DNA of 64,000 bases from Dictyostelium discoideum. Taxonomy: Eukaryota. The translations under genes were made by a program, and so were the position numbers. Below, piece after piece: positions 22,660 to 38,794 of this stretch. The notes under the pieces were generated by a model, which was not told the origin of the DNA, searched no databases, and worked only from the letters and a program-made list of their open reading frames with translations. Where the stretch lies: positions 2,304,001-2,368,000 of the forward strand of contig CM000154.2 in NCBI GenBank assembly GCA_000004695.1, in the 5' to 3' direction. Every line of letters begins with the position of its first letter. The stretch's first letter is position 1.

Positions 22660-22835
22660 TATTTTTTTTTTACCTTTTTCTATTTCCAAGTGGAATATTA
22701 TCATATGGGTATTGTAAATCTAATTGTTTTGGTTTTCTTCCTTTAGATACTGCTATCTTATTACATATATAATTTTTTTTTTTTTACCACACACCATTTG
22801 TTAGTTTTTTTTTTTTTTTTATAAGAAACTGAGAT

Positions 22836-26018
<3,183 letters not shown>

Positions 26019-26338
26019 TTTCTCACTATAGTTTCTTTCTTATTGAATAAAACTATAAAGAATATTTTTTTTTTTTTTTAATTAATTTAACCCATTTTTT
26101 AAAATGACTTGGCATAAAAGGCCTTATTTATATATTAATTTATTTATTTTAATTTTATATTTGGTTGTTTTTTCATTTCCACAAAAAAAAGGGAAAAATG
26201 AACAAAAAAAAAAAAAAAATAAAAAAAAAAAATTAAAAAAAAATTTTAAAAAATTCAAAATAAATCATTTTTCATTTGAAATAAAATTGTACATATAAAT
26301 AAATAAATAAAATAAAATAAATAAAAGTTCATAATAAA

Positions 26339-26685
26339 ATGAATATATATGATGATGATCAATGTATAAAATGTAATAGCGGGTTATATTTAAACCCAAA
26401 TATGAGATTATTAACATCTCCTTGTGGTCATAAATAGTAAGTCAACCCCCAACACATCTACACATACATATATAATATTCACTTTATCATAATAATTAAA
26501 TTTTTATATATTTTCTTTATTTAGTTGTGAATCATGTGTACAATTAGCATATATGAAAGATTCTGTCATACAATGTCTTGGATGTACAGCACAAATTAGG
26601 AAACAGAGTTTTATGAATCAAAGATATGATGATACAGGTTTAGAAAAAGAAAATTCAATTAGAAAAAAATACTTAAAAGAGTAAT

Positions 26686-26779
<94 letters not shown>

Positions 26780-27579
26780 TTAATAAATCACTCCTTCTTT
26801 CTAAAATTTTTTTTTTTTTTTAATTTTTTTATTATTATTATTATTATTACTATAGATTTAATAAAACTAGAAAAGATTTTAATAGTTTAGTTGAATATAA
26901 TAATTTTTTAGAAATGGTAGAGGATTTAATATTTGATGCGATTGAAGGAGGAGATTTAGCAACAGCATCAGAATTAAAATTAAAAGAATATCAAAAAGCG
27001 AATCAAGCATCAATTGCAACTAATAAGAAAGCAAAAGAAGAAGAGGATACATTAATAGCATCAAGAATTGCAGATGAACAAAGATTAATTGCAGAGAAAA
27101 GGAATAAATTTTTAGCTGAAGATCAAAAAGAACAAAATTCAAAGAAATTAGAGAGTCAAAAAGCAATGGATGATTTAGCAAAAGGTAAAATTAGTGCAAA
27201 AGAATTAAAAGAAATCGATAAAAAGAAAGCTGCAGCCTCTGCTGCTAAATTGGCCGCTGCTGCAGCTGCCGCTTCAATGGTAAATGAACCATTACCACCA
27301 ATTCATGAAACTGATAATAAACAATCATTCACATACCAACCACAAAATAAACAACAGCAACAGCAACAACAACAAGGACCAACAAATCAACAATTACAAC
27401 AACAACAACAAGTACTTTTACAAATGCAATTTAATGAACCTCAGCCATTGGGTGAATTCAAATATGATGAAATGGCACTTAAAAATCTAATACCAACACC
27501 TCAACAATCCGATGTTGCTGGTTTTAAACAAAAATATATTAGACAAAGAGCTTTTGAAGAAGCTTTTCAATATTTATAA
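26339..27579 (+). CDS. CDK-activating kinase assembly factor MAT1 (MNAT1 homologue; RING finger + MAT1 core); exons 26339..26436, 26525..26680, 26856..27579
   Basis: MNIYDDDQCIKCNSGLYLNPNMRLLTSPCGHK|YCESCVQLAYMKDSVIQCLGCTAQIRKQSFMNQRYDDTGLEKENSIRKKYLK|EFNKTRKDFNSLVEYNNFLEMVEDLIFD... is collinear with human MAT1 ([34 protein letters not shown]...[64 protein letters not shown]). Intron phases 2 and 2; 325 aa. Intron 2 carries an (ATA)n microsatellite at 26687..26776. Confidence 0.85.
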
Positions 27580-27737
27580 ATAAAATTAATTATAAAGAAA
27601 AAAACAAAATGAATAATTAAATAATCGATATGAATTTATTTTTGATTTTATTTTATTTTTGTAAATTTTTTTTTTTTTTTTTTTCTTAAAATATCGTAAT
27701 ACAAATGCTTGGGGGATTTTAGATATTTTTTTTTTTT

Positions 27738-29097
27738 TTAAAGTTTTGAAGATAATAATGGGAAATCTTCAACAACAGTTCTACGAAGATCATTAATTTG
27801 ATGTTTAGATTGTGGAGATTTTTTATATTTTGATAATCTTTCAGCCAATTCTTTTAAGAGACCATCTTTATCTTGATATGGTGGTAAGAGTTGAAGATAT
27901 TCTTCTGGAGCTGGTTTTCTTCTTTGATTTTGTTGTTTTTGTGGTTTTTTATTTGAATTGGTTGAACGAGTAGTTCTCTTACCAACTACTTCTTCGAGTC
28001 TCTTTCTTTCGACGACTTTCATTTGTTCGAATAATTGAATGCTATTACTTAAGATTTCCATTGAACAAGATTCATAAAAGTTTAATTTACCCTCTTCAAA
28101 CATCTTTTCAGAGAACCAACCCATACGTTGGAGGAATTGATTCTTTTTGATACACATTTCTGGTTGAATTGAAAAGAGTGTTAAAATACCTGCCATGTAA
28201 CCCTCAATTAATGGATAGAAAAGATTTGCATAGAAACCACAAGCACCTTCACTCTTTACACCATAACAAGATGTGGTGCCACTAACCTCTTTACTAATGA
28301 TACCTCTTGAAACCATACGATTAATCTCTTTAAGAATAAATTCATCAGTATCATAACCTGGTTGATTAACAAATTCTTGTGATAAAACTTTTGCTAAAAA
28401 TCTAACTTCAGTAATTAAAGTTTCTTGATCAACTGAATTTAAATTTAATGTGGTGGTTGTTGTTGTTGAAACATTATTTGTATTAATAGTTGATTGTTGT
28501 ACTGCTGCTGCTGCTGGTTGTTCAATTGTTGATCTTGATTGTAAAATTGATAAAATTACTAAAGATACTAAACCATCCCAAAGGAATAAATGTAATAATT
28601 GATTTCTATAGAAATTTAAAACTAAAATATTCTTTCTATAGTTCTTATTGGTTACACCCAATTGAGCAGAACCAGGTTCATACATATTTCTACGTTTTGA
28701 AACTAAATTACTCAAGAGTTTAAGTGAATGATCAACTAAAGCATCGGAAGGACCCTCGAAAGCTACATCACCACCACGTGCGAAAATTTCTTCACGTATC
28801 CATTCAACCTTTGAAATTAACTCTTCACGATTAATACCACGACGGAATGATAAAAGAATGGTAGCAACAGCTGATGTAGTTGTAATAATAGCTGATTTAT
28901 TTAAATCTCTAACTACTTGATAACCAAGATCTTGAATTAATAAACGACGATCATCATCATTATTAAATGGATCAAAGTATGTACCAATTGAACGAGTATC
29001 TGGTTTACTAATTTGAGTTTCAAAATCACCTTCACTAATATTTGCACTATTTGTATTAACAACTGGTTTAATTATATTTGATTGTTCATCACTATTT

Positions 29098-29129
<32 letters not shown>

Positions 29130-30707
29130 TGTACTGGTATTATTACTATTTGTATTGTTATTGTTATTATTATTATTATTAATATTATATGATAATGGAT
29201 TTAAACGACGTAATGATGAAATTTCATTTGATTTATCTTCAGAATATTGTTTAATTGAAATTGGTGGAGTGAAAACAACATTAATTCTACCGAAATTCAT
29301 TTTTAAAACTTTTGAAGCACGTAATAAACCATTGAATGACTCTTTGGTTTTACTTTCACCCATCATTTCATTTGAGTAGAGTTCACCTTCTAATACCTTT
29401 TCATAGGAGATACCAATTGGTACGATATGGACATCTTGAACACGATTTTCAAAGAATGGTTGACAAACCATTGAAAGTAAACCCATCTTTGGATGTAATG
29501 ATTTACCAGTACGTGATCTTTTACCTTCGATAAAGAATTCCATTGGTTGATTATCAATGACCAATCTTTGAACATATTCGGAAAAGATAGCCCAATACAA
29601 TGAATCACCATGGAAAGTTCTACGAAGGAAGAAAGCACCAGCATTTCTAAAGAACCAACGAACGATGATGATTGATAAAAAGTCTTCACCTGCTGCAATA
29701 TGTGGTAATGGTAAATTGTATTCAAAGAAGATGTAAGAGATGATTAAGAAATCAATGTAAGAACGATGAGTTGGTATCAAGACCACTGGTGATTTCTTGA
29801 TGGCTTCACGAATGAGTTCAATACCTTTCTCGTCAACGTGGATTCCTTGATAGATTTTTCTCCAAACTTTCTTTAAGAACCAACCTAAAACTCTGACAAC
29901 TGAAACGTTGAGATTCGATTGCATTCTCTCCATGATTTGATTGGCACGCTTCTCAATCTCTGACACCAACACTCCCTCCTCACGGGAGACCTTCTCCATA
30001 GCTTGTTGAACACGTGGTGAATTCATAACCAATGAACGAATTTCAGTGGGTGCTCTTGGTGGTAATGGAGTTTGTGTTACATGACGATAGGATGTCGATG
30101 CCCAACTAATATCAGCAAATACCCATTGGAAGAAACCACTTTGGTTCACATCGGATTTGGTGATGATTGAGGTATTCAATAACTCGGTTGGTGGACGAAC
30201 TCCCTCCTCTTTCATAACGTATTTATGTAAACCAAAACAAAAGTAACAAAAGTATGATTGCCAATTGATCTCTGCTGCATCACAATTGTATTTAACTCTA
30301 TCTTCGCCATCCAATAGATCTTGATATACCTTTTCCAATGCTGTCACTGAAAATACCCATTCATGAGCTGTGAAATGTTTAAATGTATCACAAATTAATC
30401 TTGCTGCTCTTGTCATCTTTTTGAATCCTTCTGCTTTAGTCTTTGTATCTTCACTACCTGTCAATGTTGATAACACTTGTAACAATGCACTTGGTACACC
30501 ATATCTCATAAAGAAATGAGCTTCATACATAACTGTACTACTATGGAATGAAAATTGTGATCTTGCAATTGATTTCTTTGGTGTATGATTTCTCCAATAT
30601 TCTGTAACATAATGTGAAATTCTATTCCATGCAACTGGATTTCTATGACTAGTACCAATCTAGATTTAATTAAAAAAAAAAAAATTATTTAAATGTTAGA
30701 ATTATTA

Positions 30708-30738
<31 letters not shown>

Positions 30739-31669
30739 TTATTTTACTTACTTGATGAATTTTTAAAACATTTTGATTACCAATTGCAACAGCAGAAGCA
30801 ATTAAAGCATTAGCAACATGATCAACTGGTACGATATCAGCAACCATACGACCATCACCTTTCATAAATTGAACGAGACCAACACCACAATAGAGCATAA
30901 CGGCACCAATAGCAGCAACAGAATCAACCCAACCTGGTACTGGTTCTTTGAGTGAACCACCAACAATGGTTGGACGTAAGAAACACATTGGGATATCACC
31001 ACGTTTTAAGGCGAGGATACGTTCGGTGATAGCTTTGGTGAAAGTGTATGTATTTGGATAGGCACCCAAGAGATTTGGTGTTATACGCTCCAATGTCTGA
31101 ATATCTTGTTTCATAATTAAATCTACCATCTCCTCTGGATTGAAATCTAGTACTGGTAACTCTTCATCTAACCAACCTTCACGATTTGAATTAACGTATG
31201 CTGTTGAACAATGTACATATGCAACTACATTCTTTAAACGTTTAGATAGGTCCAACATATTCAATGACGCATAGAGATTCGATGAGATGGCCTTATCTAA
31301 ACGTTCACGGAAATCAATAGATGCTGCACAATGAATGATTACATTTACTTGGTCAACAACTGTTTGATAATCTTCACTTGATAACCCTAATCCCTCCTTA
31401 GACAAATCTCCACCAATTGCTACAACCTTGTTGTGAATATGGGCGTTGAATGCTGCCTCGCCCATTTTTGCCTTGCAAGTATCCCAAATACGTGATTGCA
31501 ATATGTCCTCTTCAAATCTCTCCTTTGCATTACCACGAATGATGATATAGATTTTTTCAATATCTGGTAAATCTCTTACCATCTTTTCTAATAATACTTT
31601 TCCAACAAATCCTGTTGCACCTGTAATTAATACTGTTTTACCAGCATAAAAATTTGCTAATACTACCAT
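27738..31669 (-). CDS. Bifunctional fusion protein: N-terminal fatty acyl-CoA reductase (FAR, NAD(P)-binding) fused to C-terminal dihydroxyacetone-phosphate/glycerol-3-phosphate acyltransferase (DHAPAT/GNPAT-like); exons 31669..30752 and 30659..27738 (1279 aa)
   Basis: Exon 1: MVVLANFYAGKTVLITGATGFVGKVLLEKMVRDLPDIEKIYIIIRGN... (FAR Rossmann motif TGxTGFxGK). Donor GTAAGT after ...VLKIHQ. Exon 2 continues the FAR C-terminal region (IGTSHRNPVAWNRISHYVTEYW...), then the acyltransferase HxxxxD box VLIPTHRSYIDFLIISYI and FIEGKRSRTGK, a poly-Asn/Thr linker, and a C-terminal ...SKL (candidate PTS1 peroxisomal signal). Splice phase 0/0. Confidence 0.85.
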
Positions 31670-32858
31670 TTTTTTTTTTTTTTTCTTTTTTCTGATTTCT
31701 TTTCAAAAAAGGTATAAAAAATAATTTATTTATTTATTTATTATTACACAAAAAAAAAAAAAAAAAGGAAAAATTTTACTAAAGAAAAAAAAATAACACA
31801 ACAATATATTAATTAATTGATGGTGATGATTTCTTTGTGTAAAATTTTTAATGTTAGTTGCAACGGAAAAAAAAAAAAAAAAAAAAATAAAAATAAAAAA
31901 AAAAATTCAGTCGAAGATTTTTTTTTTTTTTTTCAAAAATACTTAAATTTTATTTTTATTTTTAATTTTAATTTTTTTTTTTTTTTTTTGACTCTTAACT
32001 TAAGGGCAACATTGGGAAATCACTCAAAAAGGAAAAATAATGACGCAATGGTTTTTTTTTTTTTTTTTTTTATTTTATTTATTTTTAAATTAAATTATTT
32101 TTATTTTTAATAATTATTGAACTGTTTAAAAAAAAATATAATTTTTTTTTTTTTTGCTGGTTAATAAAATATTTTGGTTTTTTTTTTTTTTATTATCCAA
32201 AACAGAAAAAAAAAATTATTTCCAATTTACCAAAATCTATTTTTAATTTAGATATACCTAGCGGTAGTATCTCAAATTTTGTATTAATCCCATATTCCAT
32301 AGAACAGATGTATAAAATAAAAAAAATAAAAAAATTTAATACCACATAAAAAATTTATTACAATTCGTCTGATTTTTATTATTAACTTATATAGTAATTT
32401 TTTGGCCAATATAAAAATAGGGGAGATAATATAACAATAATAATAAATTGAATCTGAACAACATGCATGTCTAATTTTTAAATCTGGTTCTAAATCATTA
32501 ACGAGTGGACCATATTGACCAATGATTTCTTCTGATGATGTTGTTGTTGATAATGTTAATCCTTCAATATCTTTTTTTAAATTTAATGATAATTCAACTG
32601 TAGTAATGAAATTATAATCCATGGATTATAATTTCTTTTTCCCTAAAATATATATATGTATATACATTAATAAATATCGAATTTATTATAAAATTAAAAT
32701 TAAAAATAATTATAATGAGTAATTACCTTTGATTAAATAATAAATTTTTTGCTCTTTTTACATAATATAAAAATTGCCATTATTTGATAAATAAATTCCA
32801 TTTTTCTTTACATTAGATCTTTGTTAAACTCTTCTCATATATGCATCTTTTTTTTATA

Positions 32859-32896
<38 letters not shown>

Positions 32897-33170
32897 AATA
32901 CCACATAAAAAATTTAAATTAATAATATTTTATTAATTAAATTGATATTATTTTTTTTAAAAAAAATTAATTGAAATATTAAATCAATAATATGCAGCAG
33001 CCCCTCGCCTGATTTTTTTTTTTTTTTTTTGATTTTTTTTTTTTTGATTTTTTTTTTTTTTGATTTTTTTTTTTTTTTTGAAATTTAAATTTTAAAATTT
33101 TAATTTTCGCTTTTTATTTTTTTTTTTTTTCTTCTCTTTTTTTTTTTCAATTGTTTATTTATTCACCAAA

Positions 33171-33395
33171 ATGCTTTCATTCAAATTCGCCAAATCTGCC
33201 TCAAAGGTTATTGGAAATAGAAATTTCCACTCAAGTTCTGCTTCTTTAGCAAATGTAAGTATATATTTTATTATTATTATTTTTTTTGCATTTTGCATTT
33301 TGCATTTTGTATTTTTTTTTATTTCTATAAATAAATAAAAAATACAATCAACAAGAATATTAATATGTTTTTTTAAATCTCTTAATAAATATTAC

Positions 33396-33427
<32 letters not shown>

Positions 33428-33443
33428 TAATCAAACCACCACC

Positions 33444-33475
<32 letters not shown>

Positions 33476-35014
33476 AAATAATATTATTATTCAATTTTTT
33501 TTTTTAAATAGACAACTAAATTATTTATTAATGGTAAATTTGTTGAATCAAAAACTAAAGAATGGCTCGAAGTTAGAAATCCAGCCACTCAAGAACTTGT
33601 AACTAAAGTACCAGTTTCAACTAAAGAAGAGATGGAGGCCGCAGTTAAAGCAGCATCAGATGCTTTCCCAGCATGGAGAGATACATCAGTTTCAAACAGA
33701 TCAAGAATCATTAGCAACTATAAGAATTTAATCAATAAAAATATGGATAAAATTGCAGCAATCATTACAGAAGAACAAGGTAAAACCCTCCCAGACGCAA
33801 AGGGTGATGTTTTCAGAGGTTTAGAAGTTGTTGAACATTCAGTCAATGTTGCATCATTAATGATGGGTGAAACCGTTGAAAATGTTTCAAAGAATGTCGA
33901 TATCTATTCATACGTTCAACCATTAGGTGTTTGTGCAGGTATCACTCCATTCAATTTCCCAGCAATGATTCCATTATGGATGTTCCCATTAGCAATTGCA
34001 TGTGGTAACACTTTTGTTTTGAAACCATCAGAACGTGTACCATCAGCATCCATGTTTTTAGTTCAACTCGCACAAGAAGCTGGTGTACCAGATGGTGTTG
34101 TCAATGTTATTCATGGTGGTAAAGAAGCTGTAAACTTTATTTGTGATGCTCCAGAAGTTAGAGCCATCTCATTCGTTGGTGCCGATCAAGCTGGTCGTCA
34201 TATTCACGCTCGTGGTACTGCCAATGGTAAACGTGTACAATCTAACATGGCTGCTAAAAATCACGCCACCATCGTCCCAGATGCCCATAAAGAACGTACT
34301 TTAGATGCATTGACTGGTGCTGCTTTTGGTGCCTCTGGTCAACGTTGTATGGCTTTAAGTGCTGCTGTATTCGTTGGTGAATCTAAAAATTGGATTCCAG
34401 AATTAGCTGAACGTGCCAAGAAATTAAAGGTTGCAGGTGGTGCTGCACCAGGTGCTGATTTAGGTCCAGTGATTTCAGCAGCCTCAAAACAAAGAATTCA
34501 CGAACTCATTCAATCTGGTATTGATGAAGGTGCCAAATGTATTTTAGATGGTCGTAACGTTGTCGTTGATCCAGAATTTTCAAAGGGTAACTTTGTTGGT
34601 CCAACCATTCTCACTGATGTCAAACCACATATGAGATGTTACAAAGAGGAAATCTTTGGTCCAGTTTTAGTTTGTCTCAATGTTGATACTGTCGATCAAG
34701 CCATTCAACTCATCAATGCTAACCCATACGGTAATGGTACTGCTGTCTTCACCTCATCTGGTGCTGTCGCTCGTAAATATCAACGTGAAATCGATGTTGG
34801 TCAAGTTGGTATCAATTTACCAATCCCAGTTCCACTTCCATTCTTCTCCTTCACTGGTTCTCGTGGTTCTTTTGTTGGTGCTGGTCACTTCTACGGTAAG
34901 ACTGGTGTTCAATTCTTTACTCAAATTAAAACAATCACTTCAAACTGGAGAGATGATGATATTTCACACGGTGTTTCTTCATCAATGAATATGCCAATTT
35001 TAGGTAAAAATTAA
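33171..35014 (+). CDS. Methylmalonate-semialdehyde dehydrogenase (ALDH6 family), mitochondrial; exons 33171..33254 and 33512..35014
   Basis: Exon 1 [28 protein letters not shown] is a presequence-like start (donor GTAAGT). Exon 2: [60 protein letters not shown]...[39 protein letters not shown]...catalytic [12 protein letters not shown]...EEIFGPVL. Length 528 aa, close to mammalian ALDH6A1. Confidence 0.85.
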
Positions 35015-35072
35015 AAATTTAATTAATTAAAAAATATAATAAAAAAATAATGGTAATGGTAATAATAAAGAA

Positions 35073-35121
<49 letters not shown>

Positions 35122-35149
35122 TTTAAAAAATATATAATATATTATTATG

Positions 35150-36400
35150 TTTTATTTAAATATTTTATAACCAATTTGTAAATATTGAATTGATGATGGA
35201 ATATTTAAAAGTTTATTATCACCATTTTTCTTTAATGATAATAATTGATCAATTGTTATAAGATTATTTTCAACCATTTGTTTTTAAAATATATTCATCT
35301 GTTAATTTTAATGGTTGATTTAATCTGAATGGTAAATTTAATGATTTTAATGATTTTGGGAAAAAGTTGATATCTAATATATTGAAACTTTCTATTTTAA
35401 ATGCACTATAATCTCTATAGGTATCAACGTAGTTAAGATATGTTAAACTTTTTGGAAAACAATTATTAAAACTTTATGTTTACCAAGTGTAAGTTCCAAT
35501 ATTTCTAAATTTGGTGGCAATGTGTTGATAGTTAATAATGGTATTACTGGAGCATTTATAAATGAAAGTTTAGTTAAATTTAAAAGTTTGTTTAATGATT
35601 CATCTTCAATTTTAACAAAAAAACAACATTCAATTTTAAAATTAATAACACTTTGAGGAATCATCTCTTTTAATATCAAATGAACTATAGTTAGTGTTTA
35701 GTCTGAGATTAGGAGTTGTTAGTGAGTTTGGTATAGAGAATGGTGGAATTTGACCATGAGTATCCAAATTTAAAGTTTTTAAATTCTTTGGTAAAAAACT
35801 TAACAATTGTCTTTCTTGACCTGGTTTTAAAATAATGCCAATTGATAAAGTTTCAATTTTATTAAGAGGAACATCATTTGCACAAAAAATTTAAATAAAA
35901 GGATATTCATCACCACCATATGGAATAGATTGTTCTTTTAAGATTTTGGAAGTATTTTTCATTTAAATAACTCGGATCTGTTGAAATATGAAAACTTATT
36001 TTCTCAATAGTTTCTGGAATTAGTGATGAGATGTTTTTAGTTTCATCTAATATCAAATCAAACATTACATTCTTGACTGAAGTAACTGATTTTGGTAATG
36101 TTGATATATTGTTGAACCAGTATTATAGTTTTTAGAGTAAATCACAGTTGAAACACCCATTGGTATTATAATACCATCAATTGTACCTTCATGATCAACA
36201 AATGAAACTATTTCTAATGCACCATAAAATGGTAAATCATGATCAAATGAAACTTTTTCTAATACACCACAAAATTGTAAATCACCACATCCTATTTTCT
36301 CTAAACCAGTATACTTTATATATTGTATATATTCTCTCTCTTTATATTCAATTAATTCATTCCTTGAGGAAAATATTTTACATTTATTTTTATTATAAAT
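35150..36400 (-). pseudogene. Decayed tandem copy of the adjacent FNIP-repeat gene (internal deletions, frameshifts, stops)
   Basis: Stretches at 35150-35220, 35285-35350 and 36160-36360 are 80-90% identical at DNA level to 36650-36700, 37180-37250 and 38190-38400 of the intact gene. Only short ORFs remain (e.g. 35443..35679 MIPQSVINFKIECCFFVKIEDESLNKLLNLTKLSFINAPVIP...). Confidence 0.55.
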
Positions 36401-36542
36401 TTCCTATAAATATCTTAATGGTAAAAGATTTTTTATTTTTTTATTTTTTTATTTTTTTTTTCACCAAGGTTATTAATAATATAATATTTATTATTTATTT
36501 TTTTTTTTTTGTTTTTTGGTATTAAAATTTTTTTTCTTTTGG

Positions 36543-36575
<33 letters not shown>

Positions 36576-36634
36576 TAATTTATTTCATCACCCAAGCAAT
36601 CCAATCTTTTTTAAAAAAAAAAAAATTCTAATAT

Positions 36635-38458
36635 TTATTTAAATATTCTATTATCAATTTGTAAATATTGAATTGATGATGGAATGTTTAAAGGTTTATT
36701 TTTACTTTTATTTATTAATAATAATTGATAAATTGTTAAACAATTATCAATTTCATTTTCAATTAAAAGATTATTAATAGTTTTTTGAATTAATAAATTA
36801 TTTGTACTATCTGAACTTTTAATTAAAAATTTAAGAGTTTTTATAGAATTTGGTAATACATCAATATATTTCGGATCATTTAATAAATAAATACAATATT
36901 CATTTGGTAATATTAAAGTTTGAATATTATTTGGAATTGAATTTTTTAAAAGATTTTGTTTGAATATAGATTGAGTGAAACGACAAACTTCACCAATTTG
37001 TAAATAAGTTAATGAATCTGGCAAATCACCAATATTAATTGGTTGATTAAAAAAATATCCAATTTTTAATGATTCGACATTTCTTGGTATTAAAAAACCA
37101 GGTATAAATTTGTTTTTATTTTGAAATATTGATTGAATTGCAGTTTTAAATGAACCATTTGATTTTAGAATATATTCATCTGTTAATTTCAATGGTTGAT
37201 TAAATGAGAATGGTAAATTTAATGATTTTAATGATTTTGGAAATGAGTTGGAATCAAGCATTTGAAAACCAGGTGAACCATGTGTTTCATATGACCAACT
37301 TTCTTGACTAACAAAATTAAGTTGAGTTAAACTTTCTGGGAAACAATTCTTTTCAAATGTTAATCTTTCAAGACGTAAACTTAAATTTAACTTTTTTAAA
37401 TTTGGTGGTAATCCATTTGAGACTAATCCTGGTTTTATATTAGCTTTAATAAATGAAAGTTCAGTTAAATTTAAAAGATTATTTAGTGAATCTCTTTCAA
37501 TTGAACAATAATTATTTGTACATTCTATTGTTAATTTAGTAACACTTTGAGGAATCATATGTTTTTTAATTTCCACCAGTGGGTTATGATATGAGAATTT
37601 TAAATTAAGAATAGTTAATGAATTTGTTAAAGAATCTCTTTCAATTGAAATAAAACGTGAACAATCTATTTTAAGACTAGTAACACTTTGAGGAATCATA
37701 TCCCTTTTAATTTGAACTGGATCATTATATGGTAGTCTAATGTTAAGAATGGTTATTGAATTTGGTAAAGAGAATGGTGTAATTTTACCATGCATTTCCA
37801 AATCTAAAATTTTTAAATTTTTTGGTAAAAAGCTAAGCAATTCAGTTTCCTTATCTGGTTCTAAATAAATATCAATTTTTAAATACTCAACCGAATCAAG
37901 AACTTCACCATTTTCAAAATAAAACGATTTACTATTATGACTAAAACCAGAACTTAGAATTGATAATGCTTTTAAAGATTTTGGAAAAATATTTCCTTTT
38001 AAAAAATTTGGATTTAAAAAATCATGAAAAGATATCTTTTCAATTGTTTCTGGTATTGGTGATGATGAGGTATCTATTGGTGAATTAAGCATTACGTTTT
38101 CGACTGAAGTAACTGATTTTGGTAATGTCGATAATATTGTTTCACAAACAGACAGGCTTGGATAAATTACAGTTGAAACACCCATTGGTATTATAATACC
38201 ATCAATAATACCATTATAATTTGTAATTGAAACTTTTTCTAATATACCATAAAATGGTAAATCACCATATTCTATTTTCTCTAAACCAGAATACTCTATA
38301 AATTCTATATATTCTCTCTCTTTATATTCAATTAATTTATTTCTTGAATAGAATGTTTTACATTTATTTTCCTTATAAATTCTAACATATTTAAATATAA
38401 TTTGATTTATATAAATATTATTAAAAACTTTAAAAAATAATTCATTATTTTCTTTCAT
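36635..38458 (-). CDS. FNIP-repeat-containing protein (Dictyostelium-type leucine-rich FNIP repeats), single exon, 607 aa
   Basis: Repeated ~22-residue units with the hallmark motif, e.g. FFNQPINIGDLPDSLTYLQIGEVCRF, LPFSFNQPLKLTDEY, MIPQSVTSLKIDCSRFISIERDSLTNSLTILNL, FPKSLKSLNLPFSFNQP. Uninterrupted minus-strand ORF. Confidence 0.75.
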   Translation of the reverse strand: MKENNELFFKVFNNIYINQIIFKYVRIYKENKCKTFYSRNKLIEYKEREYIEFIEYSGLEKIEYGDLPFYGILEKVSITNYNGIIDGIIIPMGVSTVIYPSLSVCETILSTLPKSVTSVENVMLNSPIDTSSSPIPETIEKISFHDFLNPNFLKGNIFPKSLKALSILSSGFSHNSKSFYFENGEVLDSVEYLKIDIYLEPDKETELLSFLPKNLKILDLEMHGKITPFSLPNSITILNIRLPYNDPVQIKRDMIPQSVTSLKIDCSRFISIERDSLTNSLTILNLKFSYHNPLVEIKKHMIPQSVTKLTIECTNNYCSIERDSLNNLLNLTELSFIKANIKPGLVSNGLPPNLKKLNLSLRLERLTFEKNCFPESLTQLNFVSQESWSYETHGSPGFQMLDSNSFPKSLKSLNLPFSFNQPLKLTDEYILKSNGSFKTAIQSIFQNKNKFIPGFLIPRNVESLKIGYFFNQPINIGDLPDSLTYLQIGEVCRFTQSIFKQNLLKNSIPNNIQTLILPNEYCIYLLNDPKYIDVLPNSIKTLKFLIKSSDSTNNLLIQKTINNLLIENEIDNCLTIYQLLLINKSKNKPLNIPSSIQYLQIDNRIFK

Positions 38459-38794
38459 TTATGTTTTTTTTTTTTTTTTTTTTTATTATTTTTTAAACTG
38501 AAAAAATAATAAAAAAAAAAAAAAAAAAATGAAAATAAAATAAAAAAAAAAATCATATATATCATGATACATATCATTTTAAATTTCATTTTTTTTTTTT
38601 TAAACAGCACATTTTGCATTTGTATCTGGATCAAATAGAAATAAATAATTTTTTTAAAAAAAAAAAAAAAATAAAAATAACAACTTTTCTTTTTTTTTTT
38701 ATAGGTTAATACACTTATTTATTTTTATATTTATTTAATATTACATTGCGAGTTTTTTTTTTTTTTTTTTTTAATATAAATAATTTAATTTAAA

